DNA of 63,395 nucleotides from a bacterium (GCA_043745785.1 JAYTSG010000033.1:1-63395), one strand, 5' to 3'. Shown: positions 1 through 9,336, counted from the first letter of the stretch. Notes: a model not told the origin generated them from the letters alone. A program made the numbers and translations.

Positions 1-1
1 A

Positions 2-1132
2 TTTGACGGAGCACAGTACTCTGTAGGAAAACCAATTACTCACCGTGTAGAAGAATTATTATCAGGTGTACGAGCACCAATAGTAATCAAGCTTTATGGG
101 GATGATATTGATAAGTTAAGAGCTTATGGAACAACCATTGTTGGACTACTTGATAATGTCTCTGGGGTGACCAATCCTCAACTTTCTCGTGACATCAAAG
201 TGCCAGAAATTCATATTTACCCAGATAGAGATATTCTAGGAAAACTTGGAGTCTCTCCTGGAACACTTGGTGAAGAAATAGAATCTGGCTTCTTGGGTAA
301 TACTGTTGGGGAAGTTCTTGAGGGTCTTCAGAGAATCCCTATTGTTACAAAACTTGATAATGAAAGCAGAAACTCATTTGGAGGATTACGTGATACGTCG
401 ATAAGTGAAATAGGTTCTTCTATTGGAAACCTATCAGCAATTGAAGTAGCTGAAGGAAGAAACAAGATTACTCATGAAGGTGGTAAACGAGTTGTTGTTG
501 TGAGTGCTAATTACGAAGGGAAAGATATTGTGGGCGCAGTGGATGCAGTAAAGAGCAAGTTAGAAAATCAGACACAGCCAGAAAATATCACCATCTCGTA
601 TGAAGGAACGTATAAAAGTCAAAAAGAGAATAGTCTTCGTTTAGCAATTCTCTTCTTAGCTGTTATTGTTCTTATTTCCTTTATTCTCTACAGAGCATTT
701 CCTTCAGCTATTCTTGTATCTCTTATCATGATTAATATCCCAACAGCTCTTTTTGGAGGGTTGGTTGCGGTATGGATGACAGGAGGAAGTATTAGCTTGG
801 CCCACTTGGTAGGATTTATTTCTCTTGCAGGAATTGTTTCTAGAAATGGAATTATTCTTATTAGTCGTACCATTGATCTTTCTACTAATGAAAATAGGTT
901 TATGTCTCCTGAGATTATCAGAGAAGCAACCAGAGAAAGAATTGTGCCAATCCTTATGACATCTATTGTGACAGCTTTAGCACTTGTACCTCTACTCTTA
1001 AATGGATCAGCTCCTGGGAAAGAATTCTTACACCCGCTTGCTATTGTTATGACAGGAGGACTAATTACTTCGACGATAACATCATTACTCTTTATGCCGG
1101 TATTGCTTAATAAGTTTAGTAAGTGGATATAA
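2..1132 (+). CDS. RND-superfamily efflux pump (CzcA/CusA/AcrB-like), C-terminal portion; 5' end outside window
   Basis: Frame of ORF 167..1132 stays open back to nt 2; C-terminal multi-TM bundle with RND-like stretch AHLVGFISLAGIVSRNGIILI. Confidence 0.7.
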   Translation, partial: FDGAQYSVGKPITHRVEELLSGVRAPIVIKLYGDDIDKLRAYGTTIVGLLDNVSGVTNPQLSRDIKVPEIHIYPDRDILGKLGVSPGTLGEEIESGFLGNTVGEVLEGLQRIPIVTKLDNESRNSFGGLRDTSISEIGSSIGNLSAIEVAEGRNKITHEGGKRVVVVSANYEGKDIVGAVDAVKSKLENQTQPENITISYEGTYKSQKENSLRLAILFLAVIVLISFILYRAFPSAILVSLIMINIPTALFGGLVAVWMTGGSISLAHLVGFISLAGIVSRNGIILISRTIDLSTNENRFMSPEIIREATRERIVPILMTSIVTALALVPLLLNGSAPGKEFLHPLAIVMTGGLITSTITSLLFMPVLLNKFSKWI

Positions 1133-1150
1133 AAGGTTCGATGGCGACAT

Positions 1151-1190
1151 CAATAAAAAATACCTATTTTAAAGTAGGTATTTTTTATTG
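1151..1190. terminator. Perfect 16-bp hairpin caataaaaaataccta/taggtattttttattg after the RND gene
   Basis: Inverted repeat read directly; A/T runs on both sides. Confidence 0.6.
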
Positions 1191-1223
1191 ATGTAACTAG
1201 CCTTCTCGTGCTAGCACGTTTGG

Positions 1224-1429
1224 GTGTCCCCAGCAGGGATCTCTCCGACTCGCAACAAAAGGCATAGTCGCTCGCTATGTGCCCAGCATAAACTCGTTAG
1301 TTTAACTGCCAATTTCAAGAGCTTGAATACAAGCTAAGAAATTTGGTAGCCTTCGGTTCTTCACCTGCATGAGGAACTCAGACAAAAGAAAAACATCACA
1401 GGATAAAGTGTTATGTTTTTCTTTTGTTG
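1224..1429 (-). repeat. Insert downstream of tRNA-Lys bounded by an 18-nt exact direct repeat of the tRNA 3' end
   Basis: gtgtccccagcagggatc occurs at 1224-1241 and at 1429-1446 (the latter is the tRNA T-arm/acceptor); internal hairpin 1383-1396/1414-1427. Confidence 0.6.
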
Positions 1430-1502
1430 TGTCCCCAGCAGGGATCGAACCTGCGACCGTCTGCTTAAAAGGCAGCTGCTCTACCGGCTGAGCTATAGGG
1501 AC
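1430..1502 (-). tRNA. tRNA-Lys (anticodon UUU)
   Basis: Cloverleaf folded by eye; anticodon loop CUUUUAA; T-loop GGTTCGATCC; no encoded CCA. Confidence 0.85.
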
Positions 1503-1900
1503 ATTTTATTTTTATTAATTTTTCTCTTTTTAAGCTCACTTTCTTTTAAAGGCAACCGGCAATACTTTCTTGCTAGCTGAGCTGTGGGAGCTTTTTCTTT
1601 GGTGAGAGTAGTGAAGATTCTACCATAAATAACTAGATTAATCTAGGGGGAAAAAGGGTTAGTTGTTTTTCATATGCCTATTTATAGACGAGAGTGAATG
1701 CCTTAAAACTATTGACGAGAGCTGGTTGCGTAAATATATCCCTTAGTGCTTTGAAACTTCACGAGAGGGTATTCGTTCGTCGTTCGTAATGGTCCACCAG
1801 TAATATACCAAATGAGCCATACGAACCAGAATACAGCGAAGACAATACCGAGAGCTTTAAACATATAGAAAGTATACAACAAACTTTCCTATTTCGTAGC

Positions 1901-2827
1901 TTATTTCTGACAGGTATTACAAAAATGTGCGCTACGTCCACCTATTTTCTTTTTCCCCACTCTGCCCATGCAGTTTTCTTGAAGACATTCTTTGCCGTGA
2001 CGGAGGTACACTCTATGTTTTCCTTGGAAAGTTCCACGACCTCCGTCCACATTTCGATAGTCGCTCATGCTGTCACCACCAAAGTCTATACCAGAGGATA
2101 AGACATTCTTAATGTTTTCATAGAGAGCAATTTTTTCTTTTTCTGTGAGTGTTGTTACATCACGAAGTGGATTTATACGCGCAAGGTGGAGCGCTTCATC
2201 GGAGTAAATGTTACCAACGCCAACGAGTACTGTTTGATCAAGAAGTATACTTTTGATGAGCCCACTCTTTTTTCTTTCAAGTATTTTCTTAAAAATTTCC
2301 TCGGTGAAGGTTTCATCGAGTGGTTCTGGTCCGAGCTTTCCAAGCTTAGTATCAAGCTTTCCTTTTTCAAAAAATTCTATAGTTCCAAATTTCCGAGAGT
2401 CACAAAAAGCTAGATGAGATTCTTTACTTTTCTGATCATGAAAGGTAAAAACTGCGCGTATATGTCTGTTGAAGAGATCAGAAAGAGGGGTGTCTTTTTC
2501 TTTTGGAAGCCACGGCCACTCAGACGACACTTCATCTACTAATTCGTACTTGCCATAGAGTAGATGCCCAGTCATTTTCATGTGTATGACAATGGTTCCT
2601 CCACCACTTAAGTTTATGAGTATATGTTTGCCACGACGGGTCACGTCAGCTACTTTTTTACCAAGGATATTTGTGCGGAGTTTTTCAAAGTAAGCCTTAT
2701 TTTTATGATTATTTCTGTTGACATACGCTACACTAAAGGCGTTTGCCCACAAGTCCGTAATGGTGAGCCCCACAATTTTTTTCTGTAGTCCTGTGACGGT
2801 GGTATGTACTTCGGGAAGTTCTGGCAT
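1901..2827 (-). CDS. mutM: Formamidopyrimidine-DNA glycosylase (Fpg/MutM)
   Basis: N-terminus MPELPEV at internal ATG 2827; C-terminal CxxC..CxxC zinc finger (CLQENC...CNTC); upstream part of the 353-aa ORF overlaps ruvA and is not coding. Confidence 0.85.
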   Translation of the reverse strand: MPELPEVHTTVTGLQKKIVGLTITDLWANAFSVAYVNRNNHKNKAYFEKLRTNILGKKVADVTRRGKHILINLSGGGTIVIHMKMTGHLLYGKYELVDEVSSEWPWLPKEKDTPLSDLFNRHIRAVFTFHDQKSKESHLAFCDSRKFGTIEFFEKGKLDTKLGKLGPEPLDETFTEEIFKKILERKKSGLIKSILLDQTVLVGVGNIYSDEALHLARINPLRDVTTLTEKEKIALYENIKNVLSSGIDFGGDSMSDYRNVDGGRGTFQGKHRVYLRHGKECLQENCMGRVGKKKIGGRSAHFCNTCQK

Positions 2828-2828
2828 A

Positions 2829-3392
2829 TTACTTCTGTAAATACGTGAGTGCTTCACGGATAAGGTCTTGGGAACTCTTGGTAGAATCTTTAAGAGAAGA
2901 AAGCGCATCATGTACATCTTTGGAATGATAGCCAAGCGCTTCAAGTGCGAGGCGTACTTCAAAGAGTGAATCGCTTGTTGCTATACCGAGGTAGTCGTCG
3001 AGTTTCCCGCGTAGTTCAATAATCATTTTTTCGGCAGTTTTCTTTCCGATGCCAGGGGAGTGAGAAAGAAGTGCTATGTCATTTTGAGCGACAGCACTTG
3101 CAATGGATGCTGGTGAGTGCACAGAGAGGATTCCGAGCGCGCCTTTTGGACCAATACCCGAAACCCCCATAAGTTTTTCAAAGACAAACTTTTCATCTTT
3201 ATTGGCAAAGCCAAAGAGGGTGAACTGATCTTCTCGTACATGACTATAAATATAAAATTGTGCAAAGTCTCCTTCTTTGAATGATAAAAGTGTTTGTAGT
3301 GGTGTATATATTTCGTAGCCAACACCTCCAACAGAAAGACAGAGAGTCTTTTCATTCGTGAATAAAATAGTGCCTGTGAGATAAGAAATCAT
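2829..3392 (-). CDS. ruvA: Holliday junction branch-migration protein RuvA
   Basis: MISYLTGTI...VGGVGYEI N-terminus typical of RuvA; HhH-like GIGPKGA/PGIGKKTAE; stop abuts fpg start. Confidence 0.85.
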   Translation of the reverse strand: MISYLTGTILFTNEKTLCLSVGGVGYEIYTPLQTLLSFKEGDFAQFYIYSHVREDQFTLFGFANKDEKFVFEKLMGVSGIGPKGALGILSVHSPASIASAVAQNDIALLSHSPGIGKKTAEKMIIELRGKLDDYLGIATSDSLFEVRLALEALGYHSKDVHDALSSLKDSTKSSQDLIREALTYLQK

Positions 3393-3491
3393 TCTTCTAG
3401 TATATAGGAAGAAAGAAGGAAGTAGAAAGGGAAGTAGAAAGGGAAGAAAAAACTTGTAGAAGGGGTGGAGTTGTGGTATAATCATCCCACT

Positions 3492-3758
3492 ATGGCAATT
3501 ACAAAGTCCGCAAAAAGAGCAATAAAAGTGAGTACAAAAAAAGCTTTTGTTAACTCAAAAGTTGAGAGAACAATGAAAGATGCAGTGAAGACTCTTCGTA
3601 AGTCTGTTTTAGCTTCGGCAAAAACTCTTACTGAAGATCTAAGAGTGGCGTACCAAGCGCTTGATAAAGCAGCTAAAGGTGGCATTATCAAGAAAGGAAC
3701 TGCGGACAGAAAGAAGTCTCGTTTAGCAATAGCGGCCGCAAAGGTAGAAAAAAAATAA
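3492..3758 (+). CDS. rpsT: 30S ribosomal protein S20
   Basis: MAITKSAKRAIKVS... basic alpha-helical 88-aa protein. Confidence 0.85.
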   Translation: MAITKSAKRAIKVSTKKAFVNSKVERTMKDAVKTLRKSVLASAKTLTEDLRVAYQALDKAAKGGIIKKGTADRKKSRLAIAAAKVEKK

Positions 3759-3760
3759 CA

Positions 3761-3787
3761 AAAAAGTGCCGCTAAGGCACTTTTTTG
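3761..3787 (+). terminator. Intrinsic terminator after rpsT
   Basis: agtgcc/ggcact stem followed by a T run. Confidence 0.6.
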
Positions 3788-3791
3788 CAAT

Positions 3792-3863
3792 GCTCTCGTA
3801 GTTCAATGGATAGAATATGGGTTTGCGGTACCCACGATGCAGGTTCGATTCCTGCCGAGAGCA
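3792..3863 (+). tRNA. tRNA-Arg (anticodon GCG)
   Basis: Acceptor gctctcg/cgagagc; anticodon loop UUGCGGU; T-arm gcagg-ttcgatt-cctgc. Confidence 0.8.
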
Positions 3864-3958
3864 CAACTGTGTGAGACAGACCGAGGTGCTTAAAAACAAC
3901 ATGTTTTGTATGTAGTTTTAATGGTTTACGAGGTTAACCTAGTATTGTTTACTAGTTT

Positions 3959-4633
3959 TTAAGAGCGTTCTTTACTATTAAGTATTTCTTGTGCAACCCT
4001 ATCATTTTCTTCTTTTGCTTGTTTTAGTGCCTCAGGTATTTTACCGATACTTTCGGCCATGTATGGAAGATCTTCTGCAGTATTTATCAGTGTGTCGTGT
4101 TCGCTGCCCTGCACATAAAACGACACGCCGATGAAGTTGGCGAGTTCCCGAGCACGAGCTAGTTCTTGGAAGCTTCGTACAGTTTGGTTTAATGCAGTGA
4201 AAGAATTTGTCGGTATTGGCAAAGGAATAGGTTTCCTGCCCTGATAGTACATGGAACTAGTTTGTTCACTTTTAAGTGTGATATAAAATGAGCTGTTTTT
4301 ACTCTCAACACCCTGAGTATTTACTGAAGAAGTAATAGTCTGATAAATGAAAACTATGTCAGCATAAGGGTATACAACACAGGTACTACCAACAATTCTC
4401 TTTTTTGTTACAGTTAGAGTTCTGGCGATACTATCCGCAGACACTGAAGTATTTGAGGATAAGAATAGAGCAACCAGCATAAAACAGAAGACAATAAGTG
4501 GAATGGCGACAGGTACAGTCTTTCCTGTTAAGAAAATAAAGAGTGTTATAAGGAAAACACTAGCACCAGTTAATCTTACTGGCCAGGCTGGACTGATGAA
4601 GGTTAATGTTGATGATGTGGGGGATGTTTCCAT
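3959..4633 (-). CDS. Hypothetical membrane protein (N-terminal TM helices)
   Basis: 224-aa ORF with hydrophobic N-terminal third; no recognisable family. Confidence 0.5.
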   Translation of the reverse strand: METSPTSSTLTFISPAWPVRLTGASVFLITLFIFLTGKTVPVAIPLIVFCFMLVALFLSSNTSVSADSIARTLTVTKKRIVGSTCVVYPYADIVFIYQTITSSVNTQGVESKNSSFYITLKSEQTSSMYYQGRKPIPLPIPTNSFTALNQTVRSFQELARARELANFIGVSFYVQGSEHDTLINTAEDLPYMAESIGKIPEALKQAKEENDRVAQEILNSKERS

Positions 4634-4641
4634 GCCAATTA

Positions 4642-5568
4642 TTATTTAACTGTTACTGTTGTTACAGAAGAAGACTGTAGTCTAGTTTTTGTATTTTTTG
4701 CTGTTAAGGTCTTTGTAAGAGTGCAGCCTATAAGGTAGGTATTAATCTTAAAAGAATCTTTCCCAGAAGCTGCAATATCTCGAGGCGGTCTTGTCTCATT
4801 TGACTTTGGATCAACACAACCTGTGGCTGAGTATGTCTCTGTAAGACTGTCAGCACCCGTTGAAGTCCATTCGTAATTCGCCCAATCACCAGCTGTAACA
4901 GTTATTTTGGTTGCTCCATTTGGAAAATCTGCACTTACAGAATAAGATATTATTGGTGCGGTGCCAGATGTTTTGTTGTTATCACTAGCGCCAGGAGCAA
5001 CATTAGCTGCTGTGGTATTCTTAATATAAAAATAATCACTCGTTCCTCCAGAATTATAAACTGTACTTACATTACTAAAAACTAACTGATATTTTTCATA
5101 CTGTTTTCTACTCATGTCTGGAACAGTAAAAGAAAACTTCCCGATTGTCTCGTCTGCATTACCTAATACTGTATCAAACTGGTACGTTGAATCAATAAGT
5201 CTAACTTGATATGAAGGTGCTCTAGCCATTTTGCCAGCAACCCATGTAACTGTATATGTTTGACCTGGCACAAGAACTGTTCCAAAACTTGGGTATGTGA
5301 CTTTAAAAGAAGTCACTTCTCTGTATTCCTCCGGAGTCATATCAGTTTTTGCCGTTTCTTTTACAATTTTTGTTAGTTGCTCGCCATCAGGTAATGCATC
5401 TGATTTAGTGGCAACACTAGCGGGAGTGGTTTGAAGAGCTTGACTATTTTTTATTTGTTTATATTTCCACAAACCCCCGACAGCGAGACAAATGACAAGA
5501 ATTAATACAAAAATTATTTTTTTCATACTATTTATTATATCATTTTTCAGTTCATTTGTCTTAAACAC
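4642..5568 (-). CDS. Hypothetical secreted or membrane-anchored protein
   Basis: 308-aa ORF; N-terminal anchor KKIIFVLILVICLAVGG; Thr/Ser-rich; no recognisable family. Confidence 0.55.
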   Translation of the reverse strand: MFKTNELKNDIINSMKKIIFVLILVICLAVGGLWKYKQIKNSQALQTTPASVATKSDALPDGEQLTKIVKETAKTDMTPEEYREVTSFKVTYPSFGTVLVPGQTYTVTWVAGKMARAPSYQVRLIDSTYQFDTVLGNADETIGKFSFTVPDMSRKQYEKYQLVFSNVSTVYNSGGTSDYFYIKNTTAANVAPGASDNNKTSGTAPIISYSVSADFPNGATKITVTAGDWANYEWTSTGADSLTETYSATGCVDPKSNETRPPRDIAASGKDSFKINTYLIGCTLTKTLTAKNTKTRLQSSSVTTVTVK

Positions 5569-5648
5569 CCCTGACCAAGAGGGTCCAAAATGTGTTTCCT
5601 GAAATTACTAGTAAGCCCTTATAGAGCTTGATTGTATAAAATCCGAGA

Positions 5649-5866
5649 CCGAGCGAGAGCACAGAATATAAAAGACCGAGAAGCCTCTCGGTCTTTTATA
5701 TTCTGTGCTCTCGGAGCAAGCAAACTGCTTTGCTTGCGTCAGGAATCGAAGGGTGGAGCTATGTTTTTCTAGCAAGAAAAACGAGCGAGCCGGGGTCGAG
5801 GAAATTTCGAGTGGCGACGAGAAATTATCCGTGACCGAAAGTGTACTCACATTTCCTGCCGAGAGC
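5649..5866 (+). repeat. tRNA-matched structured module, Arg-type copy
   Basis: 27-bp perfect hairpin 5655-5681/5686-5712; antisense acceptor tgtgctctcgg 5704-5714; hairpin H1 5715-5739; antisense T-arm caggaatcgaa 5740-5750; ccggggtcgag 5790-5800; sense repeat 5853-5866. Confidence 0.7.
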
Positions 5867-5998
5867 GCTCTCATGTGAGACAGGTCGAGAGGTTTATTTT
5901 CTTGGTCCCTAAAAAGACTATAGTTCAAAAGACGTACATATGAAGAATCCTCAAAAAAATTTTCTTTTGTTTGTTGTTCTGAGACAAAACAACTACAT

Positions 5999-6485
5999 CT
6001 ATGCTCTTTTCCATTCCGTCTTTACACCTTTAAGTTTGTTGTCCGCCATCAAAAGTTCATCATATATTCCGTCGATTAAATCTTTTTCTTTCACCGTTTC
6101 AAGCGTTACCCATTCGTAGGCATCAGTTTCACTTTCCTGTAGCTTCACTTCTCCAGAAACATAATCTGCCATGCACGATATCACGAGGGAAGGTGCACCA
6201 TCGGCGTGTACCGTTGCAAGACTTGTAACGTACTCTATAATTAGTGATTTCGAGTCCAACCTCTTCGCGCACTTCTCTTTTTAGAACTTGTTCAAGTACA
6301 TTGTACCAGTAATCTTTCGTATCTTTTGGAAGGTTGATATAATCATCAGTTTCTAATTTTCCTCCAGGCACAGTCCACATCGAAGGGAAGCGTTTTTTTC
6401 CTGCAGAACGTCTTGTAATGAGATACTTACCATCTTTAATAACAATTGCTGTCATAACCACTTCATGCAAATATTTATTTTCCAT
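5999..6485 (-). pseudogene. Nudix hydrolase interrupted by a 1-nt frameshift
   Basis: Nudix box GGKLE...REVREEVGLEI in ORF 6129..6485 continues as IEYVTSLATVHADG... in ORF 5999..6259 in another frame; junction near 6235-6245. Confidence 0.6.
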
Positions 6486-6610
6486 ATAATAAAGTGTAAC
6501 AAGGAACGATTTTTATAACAAGATATCTCCATGTCGCACCAAAAATATACCAATAGGCGTATACTACTACAGCGAAGGCAAACTGATTCGCATTATTTTA
6601 GTAAATTAGT

Positions 6611-7072
6611 ATGTTAACTATGAAAAAAACCATTACAACAATAGCGCTCTTTACACTTTTGGCGACAAGCATTCCAATGCTTTTTGCTCAAACCAGTATC
6701 TCTACTACAACGACAAAGAAAATAAAGACCGTCAAGAAAGTTGACGTTCTCTGTCTTCAGAATGCAATAGAGAAAAGAGATTCCACACTGATTGCCGGAC
6801 TAAATACAGAGAATGCTTCTCTTGTGGCAGCGATGACCGCGCGAAAAGATTCTCTCAAATCTGCGATCTCTCTTTCATCAAGCGCACAGATTCAAGCCGC
6901 TCGAAAGAATTCTGAAAGTTCATTTAAAACATCGGTAAAGTCTGCACATGAAGCAATGAAAGGTACGAGAACATCTTCATGGTCAATATATAAGACTGAA
7001 GCAAAAGCGTGTGGTAGCACAGCCATCGAAGCCCCAGTGCAGATAGCAATAGAAAAAACTATTTCGCTCTAA
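6611..7072 (+). CDS. Hypothetical secreted protein
   Basis: Signal-peptide-like N-terminus KKTITTIALFTLLATSIPMLFAQ. Confidence 0.55.
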   Translation: MLTMKKTITTIALFTLLATSIPMLFAQTSISTTTTKKIKTVKKVDVLCLQNAIEKRDSTLIAGLNTENASLVAAMTARKDSLKSAISLSSSAQIQAARKNSESSFKTSVKSAHEAMKGTRTSSWSIYKTEAKACGSTAIEAPVQIAIEKTISL

Positions 7073-7096
7073 GTTAAAAGCTTAAAATGGTAAAAG

Positions 7097-7128
7097 CAAA
7101 AGAAGTCCGAAAGACTTCTTTTGTTTTT
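7097..7128. terminator. Bidirectional terminator between convergent genes
   Basis: caaaagaagtc/gacttcttttg 11-bp stem flanked by A and T runs. Confidence 0.65.
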
Positions 7129-7131
7129 ATA

Positions 7132-8001
7132 TTACTCTTTCGGAAACTCCTTTATCAGCTCATCACTTTCTAAAAATCTTTGAGCTACTTCCCCATAGGT
7201 GTATGATTTACCTCCGACGGTAATGTATGCACCACCAATTTGAGGGTTGTCGTTTGGTCTCGACTTTACAAAACCAAGATTAAAGAGTGTTGCGTACACA
7301 CCTTGCTTTTCTTTTGCAATAGGAAAACCAGCTTTAGTCCATGATGCATCTATTTCTTTAATAAAAAATGCGGTATAGAGATAGGAGTAATAATGATTTT
7401 TGGAATCAGTAAGGCGTGCGTACTGTTCTTTATCTTTATCGATTCCGTCAGTATAGGCAAGTTTTTTTTCGTACTCCCTACCAAGATAGTAAGGGGAAGA
7501 TGTCGAAGCGAGGGCGAGCTCTATATCGCTTGCAGTGCGAGGTTTGATACCAGTAATACCAAGAGAAAACTGAGACATTACGCCTAATACTTTGAGCGGT
7601 TCAAAATATTTTTTATACACCTCTCTCTCGGCAGAGAAAAAACGAAGTTGTTCAGGTACAGCAAGAGAGATGAGTAATCTGATAGGTACGACTGTTTCTT
7701 TGCTGACCTCTTGAAGAACTTTGGAATCTTTTTGCAAACCATAGGCAACAGTTTGCCATTCGGGGGTGAGAAAAATATCACAAACTTTCGTGCCGTCAGT
7801 ACAAACATAATTGTCTTTTACTCTTATTGAAAGAGTGCTACTTGCTGTCTGCTGAAAGAAAGCGTTTCGATCAGAAATAGATCCTTTTACAGAAAAGAGA
7901 TTGTTTTGCATGCCAATAAAGACAGAAGAAAAAACAAAACCAATAACAGCAAAAGAATACACAAAAAAATGGAAGATGATTCGTAGGTAAGAGGCTTTCA
8001 T
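7132..8001 (-). CDS. Hypothetical N-terminally anchored protein
   Basis: 289-aa ORF; TM segment IIFHFFVYSFAVIGFVFSSVFIG. Confidence 0.55.
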   Translation of the reverse strand: MKASYLRIIFHFFVYSFAVIGFVFSSVFIGMQNNLFSVKGSISDRNAFFQQTASSTLSIRVKDNYVCTDGTKVCDIFLTPEWQTVAYGLQKDSKVLQEVSKETVVPIRLLISLAVPEQLRFFSAEREVYKKYFEPLKVLGVMSQFSLGITGIKPRTASDIELALASTSSPYYLGREYEKKLAYTDGIDKDKEQYARLTDSKNHYYSYLYTAFFIKEIDASWTKAGFPIAKEKQGVYATLFNLGFVKSRPNDNPQIGGAYITVGGKSYTYGEVAQRFLESDELIKEFPKE

Positions 8002-8019
8002 GTTAGTAACAATTCAAAC

Positions 8020-8110
8020 TGCGGAGGAGGTGAGATTCGAACTCACGGTCCGGTTGCCCAGACTCCTGTTTTCAAGACAGGTGCAATCGACCACTCTGCC
8101 ACTCCTCCGC
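8020..8110 (-). tRNA. tRNA-Ser (anticodon UGA)
   Basis: Acceptor gcggagg/cctccgc; anticodon loop CUUGAAA; long variable arm. Confidence 0.85.
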
Positions 8111-8468
8111 ACTTGGAACTCTTGCTGAATGTCAAGAGATTATAGCACAAAAAGTATTAGGATGCCACTCTATATAAGCTCCCTACTACATCAAAAAGAA
8201 TCAGATTAGTGGTTGTTTTTGTTCTTTCAGTTTATTTAATACTGATAAGTAAAGTAATTATGGAAATCAATTTTCTTGAACTGACAGTAGTTAAATAATA
8301 AGTGTTGGTATTTATGCAAAAACTTGATATATAAAAGATTAATCCTTATTTTATGCTCAGTGTAAAAAATAAAAAAAGTAATAGCTAGAGCTACTAGGTA
8401 GTAGAGGTTTCTAGAAATGTTTATATGGAGTGCGTGAGGTATCAGTAACTTTCTGTTATACTGAGAGC

Positions 8469-8939
8469 ATGAAATATTTAGGTATAGATTTTGGTTCAAA
8501 AAAAATAGGTTTTGCAGAATCTGACGACGATGGAAGGCTCGCTTTTCCCTTGATGATCTCCCTAAATGATAACCTTCTCCTTAAGGATACCCTCGAACTT
8601 ATTCGCGAGATGAAATATTCTGCGGTAGTTATAGGTGAAAGTGTTGACCAAAAAGGAAAGCCAAATGAAATAGCTAAATTAGCGAGAGCTTTTGGATCTG
8701 AGCTAGAAAATGCTATGGACGTTCGAGTTGTTTTCGAGAAAGAGTGGTTCACAACAGTTGAGGCAAGAAAACAACCAGGAAGAGAGGGAAATCATGATGT
8801 TGATGATTCGGCAGCAGCTCTTTTACTACAAAGGTATTTAGATAAAGTAAATGGTCCGATGCTCGGAGCAGATGAAGTATTTGATGTCGATGATGATTCC
8901 GAAGAAGAGTCTCCTACAGGAAGGAATGATACTTGGTAA
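8469..8939 (+). CDS. ruvX: YqgF/RuvX-family putative Holliday junction resolvase / pre-16S nuclease
   Basis: MKYLGIDFGSKKIGFA N-terminus characteristic of YqgF. Confidence 0.75.
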   Translation: MKYLGIDFGSKKIGFAESDDDGRLAFPLMISLNDNLLLKDTLELIREMKYSAVVIGESVDQKGKPNEIAKLARAFGSELENAMDVRVVFEKEWFTTVEARKQPGREGNHDVDDSAAALLLQRYLDKVNGPMLGADEVFDVDDDSEEESPTGRNDTW

Positions 8940-8941
8940 CT

Positions 8942-9277
8942 ATGTCAGAAGAAAAAATAACCATCGACGATTTTCTCAAAGTAGAAATAAAATTAGGAAC
9001 AGTGACGTCGGTCTCTATTGTTGAGGGAGCTGATAAACTCTACAAGCTCTCTGTTGACTTGGGTGAAGAGAAAGAGAGACAGATACTTTCGGCAATAAGA
9101 GAGTATGTAAAAGAAGAAGATCTTCTTGGTAAGCAATTTCCATTCATCACCAATCTTGCACCTCGAATAATACGAGGACATGAATCAAATGGCATGATAC
9201 TCGCTGGCAGTGACATACACTCTTTTTCGTTATTACAGCCTTCGAAGATACTCATCAATGGGACGAAGTTGAGGTAG
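8942..9277 (+). CDS. Stand-alone tRNA-binding domain protein (CsaA/Trbp111-like)
   Basis: FLKVEIKLGTVTSV...GADKLYKLSVDLG...NGMILA OB-fold tRNA-binding pattern, as in the MetRS C-terminal domain. Confidence 0.7.
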   Translation: MSEEKITIDDFLKVEIKLGTVTSVSIVEGADKLYKLSVDLGEEKERQILSAIREYVKEEDLLGKQFPFITNLAPRIIRGHESNGMILAGSDIHSFSLLQPSKILINGTKLR

Positions 9278-9336
9278 GTTTGCTGTTTGTGTAGCTTTCT
9301 TAGTTCTTTGTTCATTGCCTGGTATACTCACTTGTA

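Larger units (their letters stand above)
3864..5866. mobile_element. Putative island at the tRNA-Arg 3' end, bounded by direct repeats of the tRNA end
   Basis: ttcctgccgagagc at 3849-3862 and 5853-5866, each followed 7 nt later by tgtgagacag (3870-3879 / 5874-5883); degenerate third copy around 5641-5663; two minus-strand cargo ORFs. Confidence 0.5.

Noticed and set aside
3418-3447. Tandem 12-mer ggaagtagaaag (two full copies plus a partial third) in the ruvA/rpsT divergent spacer
   Set aside because: This is a short purine-rich low-complexity duplication with no evidence of function beyond possible promoter context.
5608-5928. ORFs overlapping modules or RNA genes (5608..5928, 11538..11830, 59954..60178, 60391..60669)
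   Set aside because: They run through hairpin-rich repeat modules or antisense to tmRNA and have no coding features.
8111-8430. Long AT-rich gap upstream of tRNA-Ser and ruvX as a possible module or ncRNA
   Set aside because: No tRNA-derived blocks, scaffold motifs or stable helices were found. It is probably a promoter region.
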